In this document: positions 1 to 12,467 of the stretch, piece after piece
Numbering within the stretch: position 1 is the first letter of the stretch
Layout of the letters: each line of letters begins with the position of its first letter
Origin: an uncultured Candidatus Entotheonella sp.
GTDB taxonomy: Bacteria > Tectomicrobia > Entotheonellia > Entotheonellales > Entotheonellaceae
NCBI GenBank assembly: GCA_965217185.1
Contig: OZ244252.1
Location: forward strand, 4,062,469 to 4,126,468
Direction: 5' to 3'
DNA length: 64,000 bases
The notes under the pieces: model-generated
Told to the model about the DNA's origin: nothing
The model's input: the letters and a program-made list of their open reading frames with translations, nothing else
The model's database searches: none
Program-made: the position numbers and the translations under genes

Positions 1-17
1 TCGTCCTTTGCCTCTGT

Positions 18-1565
18 TTGTTGCCGGCTGCCGCTTGGGGCATGCGGCAGGGCAGGGAAGGTGAGGCCCGCTTCGAGAACGAGGGCGAGGCGCTGCTGGA
101 CCGCTGGCAGGCCGCCGCCGCCCTTGACTGGGTAGGAGCCAAGCTCGCCGCCGAACCGATGCAGCCCGCCTGGCGGTTCCTTCGCGGTCGCGCGCTGTTT
201 TACCAGGGCCGCTACCAGGAAGCCCTCGACGTTTTCGACGCCTTGCTCGACGTACTGCCGCATCCGAGTTTTCAGGCCTACCGCGATTTTGTCGCCGAAA
301 CCCAGCGCAGCACGGCGGACCTGGAACTGCTGGAAACGCCCCACTTCCTTATTTACATCGATCCCCAGCGCGACGCCGCCTTGATGCCATACGTGGCTGA
401 CGTGCTGGAGCGCAGCTATCAGCGCCTCGGCGGCTATTTTCAGTTTTTCCCCGGAGAGAAGATTCGCGTCGAGATCTTTCCCACCACGTCGACCTTCTAC
501 CCGGCTTCCAGCCTGTCGGCCCGCGACATCGAGGTGTCCGGCGCCATCGGTATCTGCAAGTTCAACAAGATCATGCTGTTGTCGCCGCGCAACCTGGCGC
601 GCGGCTACCGCTGGACGGATTCCCTGAGCCACGAATACGTGCATTACATCCTGGTGCACCTGAGCCACAACCGGGCGCCGATCTGGCTGCACGAGGGCAT
701 GGCGCGCTACTTCGAGGATGCCTGGCGACTGCCGCAGCCGGGCTGGCTGAACCGCCGCACCGAATCGCTGCTGGCGCACGCCTTGGCCAACAACAGCTTC
801 GTGGGCTTCAAGAACATGGAGCCGTCGCTGGTCAAACTGGAGACGACCTATCAGGTGCAGCTGGGGTACGCCGAGGCGGCTTCGGCCATCGACTTCATTG
901 TGAACCGGCTCGGCTTCGAGGGTCTGCCGCTGTTGCTGCAGGAGTTGCAACAGGCGCCGGAAGGCGAGGGCGCCGCGGAAGCGATCGCCCGCCTGATGGG
1001 CTTTGGGTTCGACGCCTTTGAAAAGGAGTGGCGTCAGTATCTGACGGCGCGCGGCCTGAAGGCGCACGACGGCGTGCGCATGCCGCGCTTCGACCTGAAG
1101 CAGGACGGCAAGGCGCCGACCGCCGACCTGCGCCGCGAAATCAGCTCCGGCACGGCCCGCATGCACAGCCGCCTGGGCGACCGGCTGCGCCGTCGCGGGC
1201 GTCTGCCGGCCGCCGCCATGGAGTATCGCCGCGCCCTGGAGCAGGAGCCGCAGTCGCCGTTCCTGCTCAACAAGCTGGCCACGGCGCTGATGGCGCAGGG
1301 GCGGCGGCAACAGGCCCTGCGGCACCTGCTGCGGGCCAGTGAACTGGAAACGGATTACGTCACCACGTACACCAACCTGGGCGGGTTGTACATCGTCTTG
1401 GGCGAATACGAGCGGGCGTGCGAAGCGTTGGCGCAGGCGACCCAGATCAATCCCTTCGACCCTACGGTGCACTTGCATCTGGCCACCTGCCACGCGCAGT
1501 TGGGCGATGAAGACAAGGCGCAACAGGAACGGCAACTATTCGAGCAACTTGAGGGAAGTCTATAA
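18..1565 (+). CDS. TPR-containing peptidase MA-like (HEXXH) protein, probably 5'-truncated by window edge
   Basis: SHEYVH zincin motif followed by WLHEGMA; TPR-like helices at both ends; frame open to the window start. Confidence 0.75.
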   Translation: MLPAAAWGMRQGREGEARFENEGEALLDRWQAAAALDWVGAKLAAEPMQPAWRFLRGRALFYQGRYQEALDVFDALLDVLPHPSFQAYRDFVAETQRSTADLELLETPHFLIYIDPQRDAALMPYVADVLERSYQRLGGYFQFFPGEKIRVEIFPTTSTFYPASSLSARDIEVSGAIGICKFNKIMLLSPRNLARGYRWTDSLSHEYVHYILVHLSHNRAPIWLHEGMARYFEDAWRLPQPGWLNRRTESLLAHALANNSFVGFKNMEPSLVKLETTYQVQLGYAEAASAIDFIVNRLGFEGLPLLLQELQQAPEGEGAAEAIARLMGFGFDAFEKEWRQYLTARGLKAHDGVRMPRFDLKQDGKAPTADLRREISSGTARMHSRLGDRLRRRGRLPAAAMEYRRALEQEPQSPFLLNKLATALMAQGRRQQALRHLLRASELETDYVTTYTNLGGLYIVLGEYERACEALAQATQINPFDPTVHLHLATCHAQLGDEDKAQQERQLFEQLEGSL

Positions 1566-2617
<1,052 letters not shown>

Positions 2618-2621
<4 letters not shown>

Positions 2622-3547
2622 GAGGCACCACGCCGCGCGTTGCCCGCGCCCGCCAACAGCTTGGTCGCAGTTATTTCGACCCCCTGGTTCTCGCCAAAAT
2701 CGCCAACATGTCGGTGCGTGCCCGGCACATCGTCGAGGGTCTGCTGAGCGGCATGCACAAAAGCCCGTACCGGGGCCACAGCGTCGAGTTCGCCGAGCAC
2801 CGCGAGTACGTGCCGGGGGACGAGATTCGCCGCATCGACTGGAAGGCGTACGGCAAGTTCGACCGCTATTACATCAAGGAATACGAAGAGGAAACGAACC
2901 TGCGGGCGTACCTGCTGCTCGACGCCAGTGCCTCGATGGACTACGCCGCCGACGAGTCGGTGATGCGCAAGTTCGACTACGCCGCCACCCTGGCCGCATC
3001 GCTGGCCCACCTGATGCTGCGTCAGGGCGATGAGGTGGGGCTGGTGACCTTCAATACCGAGATTCAGCGCTACATCCCGCCGCGCAGCGGCACCCGGCAC
3101 CTGCGGGAATTGGCGAGCCATCTGGAGAGCGTGCAGCCGCAGGGCGAGACGCACCTCGGCCCGGCGCTGCGCGAGCTGGCGGGCAAGATCAGGCAGCGCG
3201 GCCTGGTGATTGTCATCTCGGATCTCTTCGACGATCCGGAATCCGTTCTGCGCACCCTGCGTTCGTTTCGCCACCGGCGGCACGAGGTGCTGGTATTCCA
3301 GGTGCTGGACCGCAACGAGCTTGAATTTCCCTTCCAACGGCTGACGGTGTTCGAGGACATCGAGCAGGCGAGCAGCCGCATTCTGTCGGAGCCGCGGAGC
3401 ATCCGGGCCGCGTATCTGCAACAGCTGCAGACGTTTCTGGGCGACTACCAACGGGTCTGCAGGCGCGACGCCATCGACTACCACCTGTTTCCGACGACAA
3501 CTCCGCTGGACGTGGCGCTGACGCGGTACCTGGCGCGGCGTCAGTAG
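2618..3547 (+). CDS. DUF58 domain protein (MoxR partner)
   Basis: EFAEHREYVPGDEIRRIDWK and LLDASASM motifs; overlaps moxR stop. Confidence 0.92.
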
Positions 3548-3556
3548 GGAGGCAGC

Positions 3557-5686
3557 ATGTTTGGCTTGGCGTTTCTTCAGCCGGCGTTCCTGCTGGCCGG
3601 TTTGGCGGCCGGCGTGCCGATTCTGATCCACCTGATCAACCGGCACCGGGCGCTGGTGCATCGCTTTCCGGCGGTGCGCTTCCTGCTGATGGCGGACCGG
3701 CGCACGGCGCGCAAGTTCCGCCTGTACCAGTTGCTGTTGCTGGCCCTGCGGGTGCTGGCGATTCTGTTGCTGGCGCTGCTGTTGTCGCAGCCGCGCTGGG
3801 GCGACGCGGCAAGCGCGGCCCTGGCGCTGCCACCGCAGGCGACGGTATTACTGTTGGACAACAGCCTCAGCATGCAGTTGCGCGACGGCCAGGAGACCCG
3901 ACTGGAGCGCGCCAAGACGCTGGCGGGTCAGCTGCTGGAGGGCATTGCGGCGCCGGACAACGCCGTCGTGCTGCCGCTGGTGACGGATGATGCCGATACC
4001 GATGCGGAAGCGCCCCTGCTGGGTGCCGATGCGGCGGCGTTGTGGGATCAGGTGCGCGCCATTTCGGCCAGCCACGCGGCGGTGGACGCAGCGGCTGCGG
4101 TGCAGCGGGCCATCGAGATATTGCAGGAGAGCACGGCGCCGAGGCGGCGGCTGATGCTGCTGACCGATCTGACGGTGCACGGCTGGGAAGGTTTCCGGGC
4201 GTCGGATCTGCCGCGGGTACCGGAAGACCTGGTTGTGCACGTCATTCGCCTCGGCTCGCCGCAGCGCGACGCCAACGCGCTGATCAGCGGCGTGCGCGTT
4301 ACCGAGCCGCCGTTTATCGAGCAGACGCCGTTGGACGTCACCGTGTGGGTCCGCAATTACAGTGACGAGCCGGTACGCAACTTGCGGGTCGATCTGTTGC
4401 TGGGCGGCAAGACGGTTGGCCAGCAACTGACCGACTTGGCTGCCGATGAAGAGGTAGCCGTGCCGTTCCGCATCGTGGCGCCGGAGGTGGGGCTGCACTG
4501 GGGCGAGGTGCGCTTGCAGGGCGACGCGTTTACCGAGGATGATCGGTTCTACGTCGCGCTGCAGACGGTGGCACCGGCACGGGTGCTGGTGGTGGACGGC
4601 GATCCCGGCACGTCGCTGTTCGAAAGCGAGACGTTTTACCTGCTCAGCGCCCTGCAGCCGCGTGGCTCGCTGGGGTCGCCGCTGTTCCACCCGAAGCCGC
4701 TGGTCTGGGAGGGTCTGGAGCAGGAGCGCCTGAGTGATTACAGCGTCATCGTCCTGTGCAACGTCGAGGCGCTGTCGCCGCAGGTGCGCCAAGGGCTGCA
4801 CCAGTTCGTGACCGACGGCGGCGGGCTGATCTTCTTCACCGGCCATCAGGTGGACGCGACGCGCTACAACACCCTGTTTTACGGCTCGGACACGCCGCTA
4901 TTACCGGCAGCTCTGGGCGAGCCGGTGCAGCTATCCGAGGAGACGCCGGTGGCGCTGCAATTGGCCGACGGTGCGCACGAGGCCGTGGCGGTCTTCAGCG
5001 GCGGCGCTGCGGACATGCTGACGCGCAGCCGGTTCTATCGCTATTTCTCGGTGGCCGAGGACGAGGCGGGGGAGGCGGACGTGTTGCTGTCGTACGACGA
5101 CGGCCGGCCGTTCCTGCTCGAACGCTCGCTGGGCCGCGGGCGCGTGTTGCTGTTCACCTCCACCGCCGACCGCGACTGGACGGACCTGCCGACGCGGACG
5201 GCATACGTGCCTTTGATGCACAGCCTGGTCGGGTACGCCGCGCAGCTTTCCGAGGCGGCGCAACGCCCGCAGGTGTTCCTCCCCGGCCCGACGTCGGTAC
5301 GCATCCAGGGGGCGCAGGAGGGCGGCAGCCTCACCATTCTCACCCCGGACGGCAAGGAGTTGCTGAGCCGTTTTGCGGGCCAGGAAGGCGTTATCGAGGC
5401 GCCGGTGACGGAATACACCGTGCCCGGCATTTATCGTCTCAGCAGCCGCGCCGACACCGATTACCTCGCCGTGAATGCCACGCGGGCGGAGTCGGACTTC
5501 GCCAAATTGCAACAACCCGACCTGCAGGCGCGCTGGCAGCCGTTGTCGGTTATATTGGAAGAAGAGGCGGCGCTTGGAGAGCAGACCGACGGCGCGGCGC
5601 TGCCGGGCCGCGAGATCGCCGGCATGCTGCTGCTGTCCCTGGTGGCAGTGCTGATGGTCGAGAACGTCTGCGCCAACCGTTTGTGA
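3557..5686 (+). CDS. BatA N-terminal / VWA domain membrane protein
   Basis: N-terminal PILIHL...FPAVRFL BatA motif, LLDNSLSM MIDAS-like motif, C-terminal TM. Confidence 0.85.
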   Translation: MFGLAFLQPAFLLAGLAAGVPILIHLINRHRALVHRFPAVRFLLMADRRTARKFRLYQLLLLALRVLAILLLALLLSQPRWGDAASAALALPPQATVLLLDNSLSMQLRDGQETRLERAKTLAGQLLEGIAAPDNAVVLPLVTDDADTDAEAPLLGADAAALWDQVRAISASHAAVDAAAAVQRAIEILQESTAPRRRLMLLTDLTVHGWEGFRASDLPRVPEDLVVHVIRLGSPQRDANALISGVRVTEPPFIEQTPLDVTVWVRNYSDEPVRNLRVDLLLGGKTVGQQLTDLAADEEVAVPFRIVAPEVGLHWGEVRLQGDAFTEDDRFYVALQTVAPARVLVVDGDPGTSLFESETFYLLSALQPRGSLGSPLFHPKPLVWEGLEQERLSDYSVIVLCNVEALSPQVRQGLHQFVTDGGGLIFFTGHQVDATRYNTLFYGSDTPLLPAALGEPVQLSEETPVALQLADGAHEAVAVFSGGAADMLTRSRFYRYFSVAEDEAGEADVLLSYDDGRPFLLERSLGRGRVLLFTSTADRDWTDLPTRTAYVPLMHSLVGYAAQLSEAAQRPQVFLPGPTSVRIQGAQEGGSLTILTPDGKELLSRFAGQEGVIEAPVTEYTVPGIYRLSSRADTDYLAVNATRAESDFAKLQQPDLQARWQPLSVILEEEAALGEQTDGAALPGREIAGMLLLSLVAVLMVENVCANRL

Positions 5687-5696
5687 GGCGGGGAGT

Positions 5697-6509
5697 GTGA
5701 TGCCAATGTCTGAGAATGCCAAGCTGACAACCTCACGTGCCGGGTCTGCGACGCTGTCGCGGCGCGCGCTGCTGCAAGGCGCGGCCGCCGTTCCCGCTCT
5801 GATGAGTCTGCGGACCCTGCCGGCTGCTGCCCTGCCGGCCACCAACACATTCGTGCTGGCGCAGTTGCAATATCGCGGCGGCCAGTGGGACCCGCGGCCC
5901 TTGGCCGTCGCCCCCCTGATGCAGGAAATGCGCCAGCGCACCAGCGTCGAGACCCAAAACGAGCGCCGTATCCTCACCCCGCGCGACCCGGCGCTGTTTT
6001 CCCACCCCTTCCTGTACATGACCGGTGAGCAGGCTTTCGAGCCCTTCGACACCGAGGAGCTGGAAATTCTGCGCCGCTACCTGCGCTTCGGCGGTTTAAT
6101 GCTCATCGACGACGCACGCGGCAACAAGGGGCAGGACTTCGACGCCAGCGTGCGGCGCGAAATCGTCCGCCTGTTCCCGGCCCGCGCGCTCAAAATCCTG
6201 TCGCCCGATCATTCCGTTTTCCGTACCTATTACCTCATCCGTATCCTCGGCGGTGTGCGCATCGTCAATCCCTACCTGGAAGGCGTGCACATCGGCGACC
6301 GCACCCCGCTGCTCTACTGCCAGAACGGCCTCGGCGCCGCCTGGGAGCGCGACTACCTCGGCAACTGGGTGTCCGCCTGCCACCCCGGCGGCGAAGCCCA
6401 ACGCCTGCAAGCCTTCAAGCTCGGCGTCAACGCCATCATGTACGCCCTCACCGTCAACTACAAACAGGACCTCATCCACCTCCCCTTCATCCGCCGGAAG
6501 CTTGGCTGA
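5697..6509 (+). CDS. DUF4159 domain protein
   Basis: Tat-like SRRALL leader; PFLYMTG, YLRFGG, KLGVNAIMYALT motifs; MoxR-cluster context. Confidence 0.85.
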   Translation: MMPMSENAKLTTSRAGSATLSRRALLQGAAAVPALMSLRTLPAAALPATNTFVLAQLQYRGGQWDPRPLAVAPLMQEMRQRTSVETQNERRILTPRDPALFSHPFLYMTGEQAFEPFDTEELEILRRYLRFGGLMLIDDARGNKGQDFDASVRREIVRLFPARALKILSPDHSVFRTYYLIRILGGVRIVNPYLEGVHIGDRTPLLYCQNGLGAAWERDYLGNWVSACHPGGEAQRLQAFKLGVNAIMYALTVNYKQDLIHLPFIRRKLG

Positions 6510-6652
6510 GACCGTTAAGTTTCTCCTCCCTTGGGTACCCTGTTGGCTTGTCTTGATGTTCCATTTGTACAAGAATTCTCGTTGGCTCACGCCATGCCTT
6601 CATACAGGGCACGCCAAGGGTCGCCTTTTCACGTAACAGGAAGGAGGCCGAA

Positions 6653-7033
6653 ATGCCAATGGTGGATACACTCAGACTGAAAACCAGGCTGTCGGAAAGC
6701 GGTATGCCGGAGTCCCAGGCTCAGGTCCTCGTCGAGGAACTCGATGAAGCGCTGACCATGGCGGTTACCGGACAGGTAGCAACCAAAGCGGACATCGCGG
6801 AGGTGAAAGCGGACATCGCGGACGTAAAAGTTGAATTGGCGGAACTGCGCGGCGCTATCAGCGCCGTGGAAGAGAAAGTTGGTGGCTCTATCAAGACTGT
6901 AGAAGAGAAGCTGGGCGGCGCTATCAAGACTGTAGAAGAGAAGCTGGGCGGCGATATCAGGGTGTTGCGTTGGATGGGCGGGACGCTTGTCGTGATCCAA
7001 CTGGGCATTTTGGCGAAGCTGCTTTTTCCGTAG
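6653..7033 (+). CDS. DUF1640/CCDC90-like coiled-coil protein with C-terminal TM helix
   Basis: DTLRLKTRLSESGMPESQA...ATKADI pattern, heptad repeats, hydrophobic C-terminus; RBS aggagg. Confidence 0.8.
   Translation: MPMVDTLRLKTRLSESGMPESQAQVLVEELDEALTMAVTGQVATKADIAEVKADIADVKVELAELRGAISAVEEKVGGSIKTVEEKLGGAIKTVEEKLGGDIRVLRWMGGTLVVIQLGILAKLLFP
6785..6959 (+). repeat. Coding tandem repeats: 2 x 21 bp (6785-6826) and ~3.3 x 33 bp (6851-6959)
   Basis: aaagcggacatcgcgga(g/c)gt(g/a) twice; ggcgctatcaagactgtagaagagaagctgggc-like unit three times. Confidence 0.9.
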
Positions 7034-7064
7034 CCATCGGGCCTGAAACACGAAAGGACTCCCC

Positions 7065-8698
<1,634 letters not shown>

Positions 8699-8702
<4 letters not shown>

Positions 8703-8941
8703 TCATTAGTGAGTTGATCGAGCGGCTGCACCAGTACCCTGCCGACCTGCGTGTGGTGGTCAACGGCTATGAGCAAGGCTACGATGACCTGTCACCGCAG
8801 CAGATCTCCACGGCGGCGATAGCTCTGAACACCGGGAAGCATCCCTGGGAGGGGCAACACGGCGATCCGCACTGGATGGAACGGCTCCCGGAAGGCACCG
8901 AGGTCGTCGAGGCGTTGGTCCTCCAGCGCATGTCCAATTGA
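8699..8941 (+). CDS. Small hypothetical protein
   Basis: 80-aa ORF overlapping the hsdM stop (GTGA), RBS aaggag. Confidence 0.65.
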
Positions 8942-8962
8942 GGGAGCCATGAAGGAGGAACG

Positions 8963-9235
8963 ATGATTCAACCCGTTTTCGTGGAACCCCGTCTGGGATA
9001 CCGGATATGGGTGCAGTATTCCGACGGCGTGTCTGGTGAAGTCGACCTGTCCGGTCTCGTTGGCCGCGGTGTGTTCCAGGCTTGGCGCACCCCAGGCTAT
9101 TTTGAAAAAGTCCACATCGCTTCCCACAGGGCCATCGCCTGGGACGACGACGTCGAGCTTTGCGCGGACGCTCTGTACCTGAAGCTCGCTGGCAAATGCC
9201 TGGGGTCGCCCGAAAAGATTGCTTCTATGGAGTGA
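8963..9235 (+). CDS. DUF2442 domain protein (putative antitoxin)
   Basis: V..VEPR.GYRIWVQYSDG.SGEVDL...IAWDDDVELCADALY pattern; RBS ggagg. Confidence 0.8.
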   Translation: MIQPVFVEPRLGYRIWVQYSDGVSGEVDLSGLVGRGVFQAWRTPGYFEKVHIASHRAIAWDDDVELCADALYLKLAGKCLGSPEKIASME

Positions 9236-9947
9236 TTTACGGTGGGGGACACTTTCATCTTGAAGGAAATAGGCTATGCCGGGCGAGTGGCCCACAGATC
9301 GTTTTGAGTTGTTACTTGCTGAGCCAGTTCGAAATGGAATTTATAAGCAGAAGGCGTTCCACGGTCGTGGCTCGAAGATCATAAACATGGGTGAATTATT
9401 CGCTCACCCTAGGCTTCGTGCCGTGCCAATGAAGAGAGTGGAGCTTTCGGAATCGGAGGTTGAACGATTTCATATTTCGGCGGGCGATCTGCTTTTCGCT
9501 CGTCGCTCCTTGGTGGCAGAAGGTGCTGGCAAGTGCTGCGTGGTACTCGACGTAGACGATCCGACAGCGTTTGAGTCCTCAATAATACGTGCACGACCTG
9601 ACAGCACGAAGGCAGACCCTCTTTACCTCTATTATTTTTTCAACTCACCGTTGGGTTATCACCATCTTGATACGATTCGTCGCCAAGTAGCGGTCGCTGG
9701 AATTACTGGAAGTGATCTCGCGAAACTTGAGATTCCAATTCCGCCCCTCTCCGAACAACGCGCCATCGCCCACATCCTGGGCACGCTGGACGACAAGATC
9801 GAACTGAACCGACGCATGAACGAGACCCTGGAGGCCATGGCGCGGGCGCTGTTCAAATCCTGGTTCGTCGATTTCGATCCCGTGCGCGCCAAGGCCGCCC
9901 TCCGAAACCACGCTCCAATCACTCCCCCCTTGAGGGGGAGTCGGGGA

Positions 9948-11255
9948 GGTACAAACCGGTAACATCCTTTACACATTAAACCGGGAACATGGTTTACGTT
10001 TAAGGTATCGGGCGAAGGAGGATTCGCCGATGCCTTGGAAAGAGACGTGTACCATGGACCCACGCATTCAGTTTATCGCCGACTACTTGAGCGGTTGCTA
10101 CACCAAGAGAGACCTGTGCATGCACTATGGCATCAGCCGACCCACTGGCGACAAGTGGATTGAGCGCTATCACAGCCGTGGCCCCGAGGGACTCCATGAC
10201 CTTTCACGAAGACCCCATCGACACCCTGACACCACCGCACCCGAGATTGCCGAGCGCATCGTGCAGATGAAGCTCGCGCACCAGAGCTTCGGACCCAAGA
10301 AGGTCATGGATCGACTGCGCGCACTGGAGCCCGACAATCCCTGGCCAGCCGACAGCACCGCCGCCGACATCCTCAAGCGAAACGGCCTGGTCAGGCAAAG
10401 GCGCAAGCGCCGCCGCGTGCCGCCGGACCCGCACGCCCTGGTCACCTGCAGCGCCCCGGCGCAGAGCTGGAGCGCTGACTTCAAGGGCGACTTCCGACTC
10501 GGCGGCGGCCAACGCTGCTACCCCCTGACCATCACCGACAATCACAGCCGCTTTATCTTGCAGTGCCGCGCTCTGAGCCGCATGACCACGGCTGCCGTCA
10601 AGCCCTGGTTCGAGTGGGTGTTTCGGGAGTATGGCCTGCCCGAGACCCTGCGCACCGACAACGGCGCACCCTTTGCCTCGCTGGCCGCCGGTGGCCTCAG
10701 CCAACTCTCAAAGTGGTGGGTGCGCCTGGGTATTCGTCCGGAGCGCATTCGACCGGCCACGCCCAGTGAAAACGGTCGCCATGAACGCATGCATCGCTCG
10801 CTCAAGGAAGCGGTGATCAACCCGGCAGCCAGTAGCTTTGCGGCGCAGCAGAGGCGCTTCGACGCCTTTGTCGAGGAGTTCAACTGGCAGCGTTCTCACG
10901 AAGCGCTTGGGCGCCTGACGCCAGGCAGTGTGCATGAGGTCTCGCGGCGTCCCTATCGCGCCAAGCTGCCGGCGGTTGAGTACGACCGTGGTGTCACCGT
11001 GCGGCGGGTGCGGCGCACGGGTGAGTTCAAATGGCGAGGGCGGCTGATCTATCTCTCGGCGGTGCTGGCCAAGGAACCCATCGGTCTGGTTGCTTGTGAC
11101 AACGACTGCTGGGAGATTCGCTACAGCTTCCATCTTCTGGGTGTCCTGAATGACCGTACCCATACGATTACCCATGCCCGACAGTGGCATCAACGTGAGT
11201 CAACCGTGTAAACCATGTTCCCGGTCTATTTTGTAAACGATGTTCGGCTTGCACA
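9948..11255 (+). mobile_element. IS481-family insertion sequence
   Basis: Imperfect ~50-bp TIRs sharing accgggaacatggtttac; GGGA(G) target duplication at 9944-9948 and 11256-11260. Confidence 0.9.
10030..11211 (+). CDS. IS481-family transposase (HTH + rve integrase core)
   Basis: MPWKE start, GISRPTGDKWIERY HTH, WSADFKG, RTDNGAPF, ENGRHERMHRSLK DDE motifs. Confidence 0.93.
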   Translation: MPWKETCTMDPRIQFIADYLSGCYTKRDLCMHYGISRPTGDKWIERYHSRGPEGLHDLSRRPHRHPDTTAPEIAERIVQMKLAHQSFGPKKVMDRLRALEPDNPWPADSTAADILKRNGLVRQRRKRRRVPPDPHALVTCSAPAQSWSADFKGDFRLGGGQRCYPLTITDNHSRFILQCRALSRMTTAAVKPWFEWVFREYGLPETLRTDNGAPFASLAAGGLSQLSKWWVRLGIRPERIRPATPSENGRHERMHRSLKEAVINPAASSFAAQQRRFDAFVEEFNWQRSHEALGRLTPGSVHEVSRRPYRAKLPAVEYDRGVTVRRVRRTGEFKWRGRLIYLSAVLAKEPIGLVACDNDCWEIRYSFHLLGVLNDRTHTITHARQWHQRESTV

Positions 11256-12467
11256 GGGAGACAAGGGCGCCAGCCCGCAGGCGAGCCGGTGGGGGGAATC
11301 CGGCGCCACGCAACCCCCACGCCCCTGGCCGGACATCAAACGCCAATACGCCCCCAAAACCCTGCAACACGCCCAGACCCTGCGCCAAAACCAAACCAAC
11401 GCCGAAGGTCTTCTGTGGCACTACCTCCGCAACAAACAACTGGGCGGCTACAAATTTCGCCGCCAGCAACCCATCGGCCCCTACATCGCCGACTTCGCCT
11501 GCCTGCCGGAAAAGCTGCTCATCGAACTGGACGGCGGCCAACACGCGGACCCGAGCGCCCCCGACGAACAGCGAGACCGGTTTTTGCGGCAACAGGGCTA
11601 CCGGGTCCTGCGCTTCTGGAACCACGAGGTCTTCGCCGACTGTTTCGGCGTGCTGGAACGGGCGTACGAGGCCCTGACAGACCCCCCACCGCTTCAGCCC
11701 GCGCCTGACGGCTTGGCTTCCGCGACTCCCCCTCAAGGGGGGAGTGATTGGAGCGTGGACCGCGCCCGCGTCTACCTCGGCAGCATGGACCCGGAGATTG
11801 CGGCGCTGTTTCCCGACCGTTTTGTCGATTCGGAGTTGGGGGAGATACCGGCGGGATGGGAGATTTCGAAGATTGGTGATGAAGTCAACGCTATGGGGGG
11901 TGCGACTCCTAGTACCAAGGAACCCGCCTTCTGGGACGAAGGCAAGCAGTATTGGGCCACCCCGAAGGACCTTGCGAAGTTACCGTCGCCAGTGTTGCTG
12001 GAAACGGAAAGGAAGATCACCGACGCGGGCGTCAAGAAGATCAGCTCCGGCCTCCTCCCGATAGGCACGGTGCTCTTATCCTCGCGTGCTCCGATTGGCT
12101 ACTTAGCTATTGCCGAGGTGCCGACTGCCGTAAACCAAGGCTTCATCGCCATAGTTTGCAAGAAACGTCTACCGAACGTATATGTGCTTTTCTGGTGCTC
12201 CAAAAACCTTGATAACATCAGGGGCATCTCTGGCGGCTCCACATTCGCAGAGATCAGCAAGAAGGCGTTCCGGCCCATTCCCGTGACGGTGCCCTCGGAG
12301 CAAGTCCTCGCAACCTACGAGGACGTCGTTCGCCCGCTCTACGGTCGAATCGTCGTGAACACGAAAGAATTGGAGTCGCTGGTCCGGACTCGTGACCTGT
12401 TTCTTCCCAAACTCATATCTGGCTCAATCCGTCTTCGTGAATCAGAGAAGGCAACGGAGGCTGCGAC

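Larger units (their letters stand above)
9908..11758 (+). mobile_element. DUF559 (Vsr-like endonuclease) cassette bounded by 36-bp perfect inverted repeats
   Basis: 9908-9943 ccacgctccaatcactccccccttgagggggagtcg is the exact reverse complement of 11723-11758; between them LRQNQTNAEGLLW...KFRRQQPIGPYIADF...IELDGGQH...GYRVLRFWN. Confidence 0.7.

Noticed and set aside
6785..6959. Regular repeats as a possible CRISPR array
   Set aside because: Contiguous coding repeats without unique spacers; no cas genes or CRISPR array seen in the window
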